Shown: one piece after another, positions 1 through 13,300 of the stretch
Numbering within the stretch: the first letter of the stretch is position 1
How the letters are laid out: every line of letters starts with the position of its first letter
Assembly (NCBI GenBank): GCA_043228905.1
Contig: JBHGNT010000001.1
Coordinates: 11,098,001-11,162,000 of the forward strand
Source of the DNA: Azolla caroliniana
Lineage: Eukaryota; Plantae; Polypodiophyta
Direction of reading: 5' to 3'
DNA: 64,000 bases
Program-made: the position numbers and the translations under genes
The notes under the pieces: generated by a model
Databases searched by the model: none
What the model was told of the DNA's origin: nothing
What the model saw: only the letters and a program-made list of their open reading frames with translations

Positions 1-1038
1 ATACATGCCTATTTGATTGCATTTGGGTTTGAGAATAGTCCAACTGAAAGCACCTTATATGTTAGGCGTGCTGATGATGTATTTCTGATCATGATGTTGC
101 TCACTGGTCCCAATGAGAAGCATATTGCTAACTTTAAGGCTGATTTGCATGCCTCTTTTGAGATGTCAGATTTGGGGCATTTGCATCATTATTTGGGCAT
201 TCAATTTATGCAAGTTGATGGTGGAATAGCTTTGTGTCAATCGAAATACATTGACACATTATTGCAGCGTTTTGGCCTTGAAGACTGTAAACCTATTGCC
301 ACTCCCATGGAGAAAGGTTTACATTTGAGCCTTCATGATGCTGGAGATGCATTTGATACTGTTCTCTATCAGCAGGCAGTTGGATGCTTGATTTACTTAT
401 GCATAACCCCACCTGACATTCAGTTTGCTGTCTCTCAGATGAGCAGGTTTATGCATTGCCCAGGAGTTAAGCATTGGCAGGCAGTTAAGCACATCTTTCG
501 CTGCTTGAGTGGTACCCGGTCACTTGGGTTGTTTTATCCCAAGGGGGGATCACTACCGCCAGACCTGCATGCTTTTTCTGACTCTGATTGGGCTGGTTGT
601 TATGACACTCGTGTGTCCACAAGTGGTTTTTGCTTCATGCTTGGTAGCTCATGCATATCTTGGTTGAGCAAGAAGCAGCCTATTGTGGCCACTTCTAGTT
701 GTGAGGCTGAGTATAGGGCAGCTTTCATAGCTACAATTGAGTGTGTGTGGCTCAGACGCCTTTTAGCTGATTTGGGTGTTGGTCAGTCTTCTGCCACCAC
801 CATCTTCACTGACAGTCAAAGCGCAATGGCAGTTGCGAGGAACCCTGTGTTCCATGCTCGCACTAAGCACATCGAGGTGCATTATCACTATGTCAGGGAA
901 AGGTTCTCTGCTAGAGAGATCAGTTTGGCTTATGTGCCCACGCAGGAGAACATTGCAGACCTCTTCACAAAGGCTCTGCCTAGGGAGAAGTTTGAAGCTT
1001 TCCGCAAAGCGTTAGGCCTACTACCATTTGTGGATTGA
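1..1038 (+). mobile_element. Ty1/Copia pol 3' end (RT C-terminus + RNase H), element 1, truncated by window start
   Basis: ORF 13-1038 has Copia motifs FEMSDLG..YLGI, FSDSDWAG, SKKQ..VATSSCEAEY, HARTKHIEVHYHYVRE, ADLFTKALP. The YVDD region is missing, so the copy is slightly decayed. Confidence 0.95.
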
Positions 1039-1116
1039 TCTCTATCCACGTAGCTTGGCACTTGCTTAGCCATGAGTGCTAGCTCCTTGTTCACCACATC
1101 ACTCCCAAGGGGGATT

Positions 1117-1374
1117 TGTTGACATATTTCGGTAGTGATGTGTGTGAACACACTTAGGACAGTGTTGTGTGAACACACTTAGGATAGTGATGTGTGTGAA
1201 CACACTTAGGACAGTGATGTGTGTGAACACACTTAGGACAGTGATGTGTGTGAACACACTTAGGACAACATGGGCATTTTTTCCCTCTTTAGGAGGTTTT
1301 TTCCCCTTGTCTAAAAATATTCTTAGAACCCTAAAGTGGTGAAGCTTTTTGGGATTCAAAGCAAGAACCCAACA
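1117..1374 (+). repeat. 3' LTR of Copia element 1 (258 bp)
   Basis: Follows PPT AAGGGGGA (1107-1114). Termini TGTTG...CAACA. Immediately followed by RT sequence of an older Copia. Confidence 0.85.
1134..1266 (+). repeat. 5 x ~27-bp tandem repeat within the LTR
   Basis: Unit AGTGATGTGTGTGAACACACTTAGGAC starts at 1134, 1161 (25 bp), 1186, 1213 and 1240. Confidence 0.95.
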
Positions 1375-2517
1375 TGAACGGTTGGATGTAAAAACAACAT
1401 TCCTACATGGTGAATTGGAATAGGAAATCTATATGCAGCAAGCTGAGGGTTTCGACGTGAAAGGAAAGGAAAATCTTGTATGCAGGTTGAGGAAGAGTTT
1501 GTATGGATTGAAACAAGCTCCTTGACAATGGTATAAGAAGTTTGAATCCTTCATGCTGAAACATAGTTTCCACAAAACACAAGCCAATCATTGTGTATTT
1601 GTGAAGAGGTACGATGAAGGTGATTTTCTGATTCTCCTACTTTATGTAGATGATATGCTGGTTGTCAAACTGGATTCTAACAAGATTGCAAGTTTCAGAT
1701 TTTGGGAATGCACGTAGTCCCGGACAGGACTAAAAATATGCTATGGTTGTCACAAGAGAAATATGTGACAAAAGTATTACAAAGGTTAAATATGTATAAT
1801 GCAAAACTTGTTGGATCTACACTGCTGGTGAACTTTAAACTGAATTCTGGTCAATGTCAGAAAAGTGAAAAGGTTAAGGCTCAGACGGAAAAGGTGCCGT
1901 ATGCCTCAGCTGTTTGTAGCCTAATGTATGCCATGGTTTGTACTAGGCTGGACATTGCCTTTGTTGTTGGAACAGTCAGCTGATTTATGAGCAATCTTGG
2001 AAAGAAGCATTGGCCGCATGAAATGGATGCTTAGATACCTGAAAGGCACCTCGAGTGTATGGCTTAGGTATGGCTTTGGGAAACCTATGGTTGAAGGTTT
2101 CACAAATTCTGATATGTCGAGCGATGTTGATTCTAGCCGATATACATCAGGATATGTAATGACTTTGTAGGGGGAGCCGTGACATGGCAATCAAGGTTGC
2201 AAAAGGAATTGATTTGGATGAGGGATTTTTTGAGTTAGCTAAGAATGAAGCAAGATGAATTCCTACTTCACTGTGATAATCAGAGTGCCACCTACCTTGC
2301 AAAGAATGCAGGCTACCACTCTCATACCAAGCACATACAATGAAGGTATCACTAGTTACGAGAGAGAGTGGATGATGACAATTTTGCTCTAGTGAAGATC
2401 CATACCGATGAAAATGGATCTAATATGCTGACAAAGGCCTTATCTATGGAAAAGCTTGTTGCTTGTTGTATAAGAGCTGGCCTGGTTGATACCCCATGCA
2501 GGAATGAAGGGGGAGTT
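1375..2517 (+). pseudogene. Decayed Copia RT/RNase H (Tnt1/Tork-like; same lineage as 24904-30251), host of element 1
   Basis: Motifs LDVKTTFLHG, LLYVDDML, LWLSQEKYVTKVL, KIHTDENGSNMLTK, with stops and frameshifts. PPT GAAGGGGGAG at 2506-2515. Confidence 0.92.
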
Positions 2518-3072
2518 TGTTGTGTTCTCCCTCGTCTGGGACCGGCTAGGGGTCGGAAGCTGAGAGCCGAATGCCAATGGTTTATGGCTAAAAGCCGTTA
2601 GAATCGGCTTAGGGACAAAAATGCAAATTATGTATGTATATATATATATATATATATATATTTATGCACTTGGGAAAGAAGAGTATGTGAATGTATAATG
2701 CTGTATGCAGAACAGTGTGTAAGATATTCAGAGATATAGAGGAGTACTCTGCAGTGTTTTGTGAGACTCAGAAGAGACACAAGGCGGCTTCAGAAGACGA
2801 CTTGTGGGCGTTGTTGCACCATCATCTCTGAGCGAGCTGTCATCATACCAGGTTTTATCACTCCATGTTTTTTTCTTATTGTTCTGTGTGTTTCTGTCCC
2901 TTTTTTGGACGAAGTTTTGTGTCAAGGTTGTGGCCTTGAGATCTGATATTCCCCTAGTGATCTAGGGAGGTTGGAACTGTCTGTATACACTCCTACATAG
3001 TAAAGTTTTGGTGCCCTGAAGGCCCGGTGGTTTTTCCCGTTTTAGGGTTTTCCATGTAAATACTAGGTGTCA
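2518..3072 (+). repeat. 3' LTR (right end lost) of the decayed Copia
   Basis: Starts TGTTG right after the PPT. Carries CCGGTGGTTTTTCCC...GGGTTTTCCA, shared with the young Copia LTR. Contains (TA)n at ~2638-2661. Cut off by an RTE tail at ~3080. Confidence 0.7.
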
Positions 3073-3079
3073 CTTCTTA

Positions 3080-3180
3080 AACTTAAGATGTAATCTTTTG
3101 TATGTAATCTTTTGTTTGGTCTTATAGGCCATTTTGGCCTCTTAAAAGATGATAATATATCTTTCTTTCTTCTTTCTTTC
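3080..3180 (+). mobile_element. Short 5'-truncated RTE-LINE 3' tail
   Basis: CTTAAGATGTAATC...AGGCCATTTTGGCCTCTTAAAAGA...ATATATC(TTTC)n matches the end of the RT-bearing copy at 14146-14223. Confidence 0.75.
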
Positions 3181-3559
3181 TGTTGGTAAAATTGTATTCC
3201 CGAGTGGTCATTAGTAGCTTGACAGGCTGGTTGATTCCTTCCTATAATCTTTTCACAGGACTGGCTGGAGAAACAGAAATAATAACTAAATGTTGACTGT
3301 AGACATGTTTTTAAATAGTTGTGTTTTTTTATTTGCAATTTTTTTCCATTTGAAGGAATGCAGTACTTCTTTTATGTAGACATAAAACATGACCATTATT
3401 ATGATGATTCATAATCCAAATCTCTAATAAAATAAACTTTCCTATAGTGGCTCATAATGTAAAGCTCTAGTAAAATAGTGTAACAGATAGAGCATTCTAC
3501 TTTATTATAAACCTCGCTCATGAAGACCTGGGCTGACTGTTCTATTTAAGGACCGATGC

Positions 3560-4272
3560 AAAACTCCATTAAAAAATTTCATGCACGTTTCAAACCCAAT
3601 CAATATTGATCAGTCTCATTCCATATGCTATGATGTTACAGATATACTATCATTAAGCAATTGGCTACTAGCTGAAGGAATGCAATCGCACATCCTAGTG
3701 GCATCCATATACCGTATCTTCATGATAAGATTAAATATACAATGTGCTTCCTATCTAGAGAATAGGCCTTCTCTAAAAGCCTAGGACTTTTCTTGCTAGA
3801 ACTCAAGAGACATAGGGAAAAGTTGTTGAAGGACAACAGTACAGCCACATAAGCTCATCCACAAAGAGCAATCACAACTTTCTTTAGCCCCATTACTCCT
3901 AATCCTACAAGTCAATCAAGGGCTACACAAATGGGTGCTCGACCAGAACACAACAAAGGGGTTACGATAAATCAGGCAATAGAAATTTCTCATGCACATA
4001 GGCCCCAGCCCCATGGACCACGATCTTGCCACGTCATCGATATATGAAGGCCATTATCTCCCGCCATCGCAGGTGCTTCCCTCACTTCCGAGACCCCTCC
4101 ATTCTAAATCGACCTATGCTAGAGATCTTTCGAAGATTTTTTTTTTAATATATCTGACTTGAGAATCTTACATCTGCCGATAACAAGATTCTTTAGTCTG
4201 TTTTTATCTTATTTACTTTAAGATGCAATCTCTTGTTTGGTCTTATAGGCCATTTTGGGCTCTTAAAAGATG
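3560..4272 (+). mobile_element. RTE-LINE 3' fragment
   Basis: 3788-4272 is collinear with 13075-13417 plus 13988-14200 (shared TTTTCTTGCTAGAA, GGCTACACAAATGGG, CCCCATGGACCA, GAGAATCTTACAT, tail motif). The left boundary is approximate. Confidence 0.7.
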
Positions 4273-4372
4273 GCATGAAACTTTTCATAAAGTTTGTTTC
4301 AGTCTCACAATTCTTCAAGTTAGTCCTAAATATGAATTCTTAATTTGTTATTTGACAGTTGGAACAATATAC

Positions 4373-7300
4373 CATTAAAGTCGGATGGTTTCAATTTCGA
4401 TGCTTCAATAATTTTTAGATGAGCAACAGCAACTGGCTCCATTTGTTCAATCTTACACCAGGTTTCTGGATAATCATAAACAACCCAAAAACTTAAAACA
4501 GCATTTATACTTTCAGACATAGTATAATGAATATAATAACAGCTTTGATCCCTCTACATGGCTTGCAGAGATAAAGGTGCACTGTGAGAATCAATCTCCT
4601 ACATTACTATCATTTTGCTTTATTTATGGCTCACAATAGTGCTGCTTGTCTAAATTTTATTATCAGAGCAGGTTATAAAGCTAATATTCAGATATTTGGG
4701 CAATTATTAGATGGAAGAGATATGCATCTACTGTGAGAATCAATCTCCTATATCACTATCATTTTGCTTTATTTATGGCTCACAATAGTGCTGCTTGGCT
4801 AAATTTTATTATCAGAGCAGGTTATAAAGCTAATATTCAGATATTTGGGCAATTATTAGATGGAAGAGATATGCATCTATTTGTAAGAAATCCTTGATAA
4901 CTATCACCCTTATGTGTAACCGTGTAATAATCTACAATAACTTGATCTCTCAGGGGTTTTAATCAAAGATCCCCTCAATATTGAGGCATTTATATAAATC
5001 ACACCAGTTACAACTCCCAAACAGCCAGATATGACACCCGTCTGTATTGAAAAACATGACACTATCAAATGCACGAAAAACCACCGGCATTTCCTAGCAG
5101 CCTAACTCCAGTGCATTGACACCAATGTATAAAAAGCGGATGGAAGCCATGTAGAAAAACCATTGCAGGGGGAATGATGTCAATTAAGTAGCTGGTCCTT
5201 GTCATAGCGTCCAACATCCCTAGCTTGGCCTCTTCAAATTGTTGAGCCAGGGTGATGTGATGCTCCATGAGTGCTGTTGCAGGAGTACTTCGGTCCACTC
5301 TTGTTCTTGCTGCAGCTGGCTCCAATTAGATGGCCTTTACTAATACAATGGCAATCCTACTCTCCACATTGACTAGGAGTTCATCCCACATGAGGAGCTT
5401 TGTGAAGATTTGACCTGTCAGTTGCTACCTGCCTCTACATTATGTAGCTGATGTGTCAAACAACCTCACATCTCACCGTGTAGACAGTTGTAGTGAAAAG
5501 AGGTTTTTCTCATGGTATTTACCCTCCAAGACTGTCGTCTCCTTACCTGATTGTTATGTGCAGCTCAAAGATATGTGGAAAAGGCAGAGTATAGTATCAA
5601 ATTGTGAGACTCAAAACTCCCAAACTTGTTTAGCGCAAAGTGAGCATAGTCAACTACACTCATCACTTGTGCCCCTATGGCATGTCTCAAATCGTAGAGC
5701 GTGTGAGCTCTGCCACATGAAAGCAATGTCTAGTACCCAATGCATCTCCTATCATAGTTAGAGTGAGCTAAGTCACATGGAAGCAATGGTTTGGATGGCA
5801 AACAATGTGATGGGCTCTAACATGTATTGATGTGTGTGGTTTTCTCTTTCGGTGAAGAATTATCGTTTTGAAGTTAGGTGCAACATATGTAGTAAAAGTG
5901 TGACATGTGAGCCTCCACAATTTTTTTGATGTCATGATATATTGGTGTTGTAAAAAGACCTTATTCACAAAGGAATCTATTGATGCTTCATGAAACAAAT
6001 GTGTAACATCCCATCTTCCAAACCAGCTTTCCTCTTACATCTAATTGGAACATGAAAATTTGTTTTTATGCGTCTTTTGCATCATTTCTCTTGCTTCCCA
6101 TGCGATTTTAGGACGTCGATGTAAGGGATTTGTTTGAACCTTAAGCAAACAAGTATTCGGCAACCCTTTCCATGGAAGTGATCCTATCTCAAGAGGTAGG
6201 AGGGTCTATCCCGTTTGTTTCTTGACTTGGAGACACTTTGTAATAAAATGCTTATGGACATTTTTAAAATCTTTCCAGGTGGACATACGCTACCCCATAC
6301 TACCACTGCATATAGCAGCATTGTTGTCACCATATTGTCGAAAAGATATTTCTTGATGACCCAACACTTAATATGCTCTCTTTCCCACCTCTAAGCTGCT
6401 GGTAGCACATTTATTCCATCTATGATTTGGAAGGCCAAACAGGAAACACGAAAGCTATATTAATGACTGCCAAAATGACCTATGAGACTAAAAAAGAAAT
6501 TACATATTACAATGTCTTCTCATATTTGAGAACACAACTAACATATGGTACTAAAGAATCTACATATGTAAGAACTTAAGAATCTAAACTTCAATCGAAA
6601 CTTCAGCCTTTGACAAATCTTCAACATGGGCTAGTTCCAACACAAAGAGATCTCCAAAGAGAGGGAAGCACCTTTGGTCCCGCATGATAATGCCTTCTAT
6701 TTGTCAATGACAATATTCATGTGGCCGTGTTCCAGATGATTGTGGCCTACAGCTAATCTATTGTTATTACTTTTGAGTGTCTTGAAGTTATAGCATGAGT
6801 GTTGTGGCTAGTGAAACTTGATTTTTTCTCTGTTGATGAGCTGCTATGGTCGTATTGTTGTCCAACTTCTCTATATGTCTCTTGAGCATTAGAAAGAATG
6901 GTCCCACGCATTTTGTACTCCCTGATCTTAAGTGGCAGCCAAAGACTTGTTTTAAGAAAAAGTGGCTCTTATTTCATAAAAAAACATGCTCTACCTATAT
7001 ACTCATATCGAGCCATATAGTTTAGCCAAGTAGTGGCCAATCATGATTGTCCTATAGTTGCTTGGCATCATGGGGTCTCCACTCTTGAGTATTGGCACAA
7101 TGGTATGTTCTGTCCATCTCGTAGGGAAACCTTCACACATGGCTCTATTAAAGATGTGTGCTAGCAATGGGAGCAAGGTGTCACGGGCATAGATAAAGTG
7201 CTCACCAACCAATCCATCACGATCTTGGGCCTTCCCAAATTTTAACCGATCAATGGCATTTCTTACATTTTGCGGAGTAAAAAAGGTGGATTCATGTGGT

Positions 7301-10300
7301 TGGGGAAGAGGAGGTTGTCCCCAGATATCATATATGACCTTTGCATAGTCATGCCACATCTGAGGTGAGGTCACTGGTGTGGTAGGTTGCCGCTCATTAT
7401 TAATCAACTAAACACAATGGGCTAAGGGGGTTTTATGTACAAGTGCTCAAGGGACTGCCACATTAAATATGGTTGGTGGAATCTAATCAAGATATCCACT
7501 TCAGTACAATTCTGTCATAAGAATATCTGATATTCTTTGACCACATTTACACTTGACAACTACACGGATTACAATAAAGTGTGCTCATGCACTTTTTCAC
7601 ACATTGCAATTTTCTTCATACGTACATGTTCACACGAGTTGAGCTTGATTCTCAACAGCACCTATGCTTCGCTATTTATCATTTTGAAAACCATTTTTTT
7701 ATAATGATACCTTTATGTGACTAAGTATGGACCACCCCACAACTATGTATTCCTTAATAACCAATAACATTGATGCAAATTCTGGTTTAAGCAAATGTCA
7801 TTGTGCTCGCATTACACTCACCAAGACAACTCGAGTGCCACCTCAAGAAGACCTATTTGTAAATAATGGGAAGACAAAAGCGATGATTAGAGCTAGAGTT
7901 GACATATTTGAGATAGAAAATAGAGATAGGGGTCTCATTTCTATGAAGTCGTTTGTAGGACTAAAGTTCAAAAGGGCAAAGGGGTATGCTGTTGTGGTTG
8001 CTTTGGTTAGGTGTGCCACATCCAATTCTAACAACATAGGATAAAGCATTGAATTAAGCCATATATGTTCGATTTGTGTAGATATGGAGGCCTTAAAACA
8101 TAGGTGGAGGCAGAAATGAGTTAGCCAAAGGACGTTTAACTGTTGGAGATTCATCAGCACTTTCATTCTCTATGGGTCAATTTTGGCCTCTTAAAAGACG
8201 TTAAGACGTTAATATATCTATCTATCCATCTATCTTTCTCTTTCTTCCTATGGACTTTATAAAATATCTAATCTAATCTAAATCTCTTGACATAGGATTT
8301 TGATTCTTCATTTATGGTACTACTATGATAAGAATATAGAGACGCCCAGAAAGCGGAATGCAAAGGTCCTTCACAAGGATAGATGTTGCATGTAGATGCA
8401 CAAATGGGTGGGAGGAAGAACCAACCCTTATTAGCACAAAGATTCACCACATATGGAGGGTGCATGAACCTTTATTGGGCCTAGCAGTGAATGCAAGGAG
8501 AATACTGTATTTTAGTTGCTAAGTTGCCACTATATTAATGTAGTTGTGTAATCAGAGGGGGATATAACATCCAGCTCGTAAACATGCTACCACTTTATAA
8601 TTAATGTGTAATTAAAGGGACTAGTCACACCTTGTCTTATGTGAGAGCGAGAGAATGTAAGTGCTTATGTCATTGCAAGTGAGGGGGATTCATGTGAGAT
8701 CCTGGTAGCCAGCTTGTTTATGGATGCTAATCAAACTTGCCTCTGTTTGGCAGCTTGTTGTTGCCAGTTCTTGCATACCCGGAAAAACATATTATAAAGT
8801 TTCTACATAGGGACTAATCGCAAGGCTCAACTCTGGAGTGAGAACAGACTAATTACAATGCTCATGAATGATGCAACTTGACAGAATATTCCAACTGTGA
8901 TGCCATAGACAATCATAAATAAATGAACAGGCATACTGTATGCCGAAGGTTTCAAAACATCATTGACACCACTATACCTTCAACCTTATCCTTTCATCTT
9001 ATTCCTATTTTGTTTAGTGTTTTAATATGACATGTCTCGCATGCATCTAAAGATGGTTATACCTTTGGTTTCATTTGAACATGCAAAGAATGTCAATATT
9101 ACACTATCTCTCTAAGGGTACACAAGCAATCCAAATAATAAGACATCAACCAATAAAAGACAACATCAGTTAGAAAAGACCTTGAGCTGCAGACTTTGGA
9201 GTTGCCGATGTTATCTTATTAACAAGCTCCTCTACATCTACAACCACCATATTTGGCTGCATAAGTCAAAGAAAGATATATTAATGTCTTTTAAGATGCC
9301 AAAATGGCCTATAATACCAAACAAGAGATTACATCTTAAAATATTTTCTTGCTTTTAAGAAACAACAAACCAAAATAAAGAAATATAACAAAGCAAAAAA
9401 GTAAATTGAAATAGACTTAGATGTGAATGAAGAAACTTGTCCTCTATACCATGTAAGATACTCAAATTAGATATGTTGTAAATTTTTGTCTTTGATCCAG
9501 AATGGAGAGGTCTCCGAAACGAGGGAAAGAATGAATGAAAAATCAGTAAGCATATTGATGTAGAATATATTACTAAAAAAATATTTTGGTGTTACTACAC
9601 ATAGGTGTTTTGTCTGGAAAACTTGCAACTTGTTTAATCTATTCCATTGAAGTTACTGCTTATTTGTTTAACATGAAATTGGAAATGAAGCTAAGCTCTT
9701 CTGTAGCGTCATCTTGGAATGATAAGAATTGTCAAATAATTCTAATAGAATGATTTGACAACCAGGCAAGAGAGCTTAGGGTTTGTAATGATTGATAAAT
9801 CAAAGAAAAAGAAACAATAGTATCTCTAGAAAACCCAAAATTCCTCTAGCTTACAACCCTACCCCAATTCTGCAACCCAAATTTAAATAACTATGATGTC
9901 ACTGCCATAAGCTGACATTAGGATTGAGAAGGTAAATCTAATTTGGAACATGTTCAATACACCTAGGAATTCAGAAAAAAATTGAGATACCTTCACATTC
10001 AGATGATGTCATGGATGTCTCACTGGTAGACATGAATATCTTATCATAATTTATAATAAAAATAAAGAAAAAATCTATCATATTGATGTCCCACGGTGGT
10101 ACTAGTATGGAGAATGTAAAACATTTAGGATACTTCGATCGAGATCAATGATATTCCTTTTTGCTACATGAGAAAGTATAATTTTACAATTCCCTTCGAG
10201 TGTTGTCATACCAGACATTGCAAGTTATAGGATAGCAAACAAGGGTTCACCTAGTTCTTTATGTTATAGGTCTTCCTCCAATAAAGGCAATGGAACAGAA

Positions 10301-13300
10301 ATACAGTCACCCTTATGCACAAAAAGTAGAGCATCAAAGATAGCAAGTCCATGCACCAAAATGTAACAAGCATAAGCCCAAAACCCCCCCATTAATAAAA
10401 AGCCAATCATCTGCAATTTTGAATAACAATTTCCTATAAAGCAGCACTCTCCCTGGAATGGTATTGATCTATAAATCCTAATGTTGGTAACTCTCATAAA
10501 CGCTAATCTCCAAAATAAATAAAAATGATAAATACCATCTTGGACAGACTATTTTGCAATTAACAATACACTCAAATAAACAAATAAGTTCTATAATCTG
10601 TTTTTGAATTTATCGTACAATGATGCAATGCCTGCAATTCCAAGTTTTTGATATACCCATGATAGTTGCTTGTAATTTTGGTGAGCTAGAAATCTATCTT
10701 CTTCCATTTCAATCTGTATTATAGATGCAAGAATAATCATATTCATACCTGTACCAAACATTTTTCAAAAATATCTGCTACCAGCCTATCCTGCATATAT
10801 CCAAAATATTTTCAATGAAATATACCAGTAACATGTTATCAAGAAGATCAGTATGTATTCGCCTACCATCCATCCTGCAACTAAAGGGATGTCACTAACA
10901 TTGACACCATGCGTAAACAAGGGCCGTACAGTCATTTGTACTTCAGGGAGAGTCTCGAAGTTAAGGCGAACCCGACTTAAGTAAGGCAGTTCATTTAATA
11001 GCTTGATTCCAACACGTACCTGAAATAACAGTAAATATTTTACAATATGTCTTTTATATAACATAAAACCTAAGTGTTTTCATGCATATCATTGTACACT
11101 CCTGAAGAGACATATGGAACTTGACATGACTACTTAGCCCTGATTGTTCAAATGTAAAGCAATACTATTAAACAGAAAAATATGTACCTTTCCTTCGATC
11201 AGCAACTTAGAAATATGAATATTTGTCCATATACCCAATCCTCTCATTTGAGCACTTAACACTGCAGTCATGTCCTCTCCAGCTAGGAAGTGTAAATGAA
11301 GTTCCATGATCTGCATAATGAGGAGCTCTTTATGAAAACAAATACAAGTAATAAGAGTCATAATAATTTGTACAGAGGGCATAATTACAAGATGGTCATC
11401 TCCAGAGGCTGAGTCAACGATACGAACGCCAGTAAACATAGGTGGCCTCCTTCCCAAAGATAGTTGTTGCAACACAACTTTAGCCTATAAAATGCGCAAA
11501 TTTTCCTCTATTTTACCAGGCTTCACAATATTGAAGATGTTAATACATAGCCTACAAAATGTGTAAATTTTGCTTTACTTTACTAGACTTCTATAATTAT
11601 TTTGCTTGGAGAAGACTTGGACCAAACCACATTTCACAATCTGCTGTAATCAGGAGATTGGGAATGAGCAGCATGTCACATTATTGATGTCAAGCATTCA
11701 CTATGCTTCCTATCTTTAATAACTGCATGCCTACTTCGACATGCCAAGCCCCTCCTCTTAGGCACATATATGTCTTTGCTTAAGCATAAGAGGAATCTTA
11801 AGAAACTACATGAGCCACATGTTCCATTAAATCTTGGATTGTCCCAACCTAAACATGAACAAAGTGGAAAAGAATAGAGTGATCATGATGATATTGAGAT
11901 TCAGGGGTTCGGGAGCATGTCTATCGGGTATAGCTATAAAAATATTACTATACGCTGATGATAGTATTGATTTCTGACCCTCCGGAGGAACTACAAAGAC
12001 ATCTAAATGCCTTAAAACTATTTTATACGGGCAAAGGTTTGTCGATAAACATGGATAAAACTAAAGTGACAGTGTTTAACACCACTTAATCACGGGTAAG
12101 ACCAGAACCAGAATTCTTCTTGGGAGAGGAAAAGGTGGCATATTCATGTTCCTCTCATATCTAGGAGCAACATTTACAGGGCCTAGGCTCTCCTTACAGG
12201 AGGGTTCTTGTGCTGGACTTTCTCGTGGATATGCAGTCCTTGGTGCTCTCGAAAGACGACGTGCACATTTGCAGTTCCAAGAGCCACGAACTAAATTGTG
12301 GCTAATTGATACACTTGTGAACCAACTCTGCTCTATAGAGTAGAAACATGGGGACCGAATATTAACAAGGCAAATAACTAGAAAGATTTAGAGAGACCTT
12401 TAGTGTTCATGATCGCCTACATGTTAAGGAACAAAGCATCGGTACCTTATGATATAATCCGGGCAAAGATGGGAGCAGCCCCTATAATTATTGAGCCATG
12501 ATTCGGATCAATGACCTATATCCAACCACTTTGGGAGCTCCCTAAAAGTAATCAAGGTTGGCACTTATGTTATCAAGACAACTCGCTGAACATGAAGACA
12601 TCCATTGTTGGTATGCTAAAATGCAACAATAGTTCGAGTCACATGGCATGAGTATAAATGCACGACCCTACAGCTTGGACTATCCACATCTAAACATGAC
12701 CAAAGTGAAAAAGAGTAGTCATCCAAATTGATATTATTAAGTTAGAAAACAAGATAACATGGATCAGCCACAAAATATCACTTAGTAGGACAGTTTTTAC
12801 ACACACCCGACGATGGATTAATCATCAGACCATCTAATACGGGCATACATCTATCCTATGCATTGTACAAGGTGATAGGGCAGTTGTGAACTTCATCACA
12901 TCAGTTAGAGATTGAGGTGTGCATGCACAAATACATCTAGAAGAAAGAATTTGTGGATTGTGTCATTAGGGAGAGGAATATGAAGAATAACTATGTTTTG
13001 TCATTGTAGTGTTTTTTATTAGATAAGACGGAGATACCATTCCCTCTCTACGCAAGGCTAGAATGGTCATTGGGGCTTTTCTTGCTAGAAGTCAAGAGAA
13101 ACCGGGAAAAGTTGTTGGAAGGACAATAGCACAACTACACAAGCTCATCAACAAAGAACAATAACAAGTTTCTTTAGTCCCACCTCTCCTACTCATGCTA
13201 CAAGTCAACAATGGCTACACAAATGGGCTCCCGACCAGGATATAACAAAGGGGTTACAATAGATTGGGTGAAAGCAATTTGCCGTTCACATAGGCCTCAA

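Noticed and set aside
1134-1266. CRISPR-like array of palindromic 27-bp repeats
   Set aside because: Repeats are directly adjacent with no spacers, lie inside a plant LTR, and no cas genes are present.
5065-5325. 86-aa ORF as a nested gene
   Set aside because: Non-ATG start, no recognisable domain, and it lies among TE debris in an intron.
9991-10045. Possible extra NTMC2T6 exon (DKIFMSTSE...)
   Set aside because: No AG acceptor; the homologous DRLVADIFEKCLVQ exon is at 10749-10790 with canonical sites.
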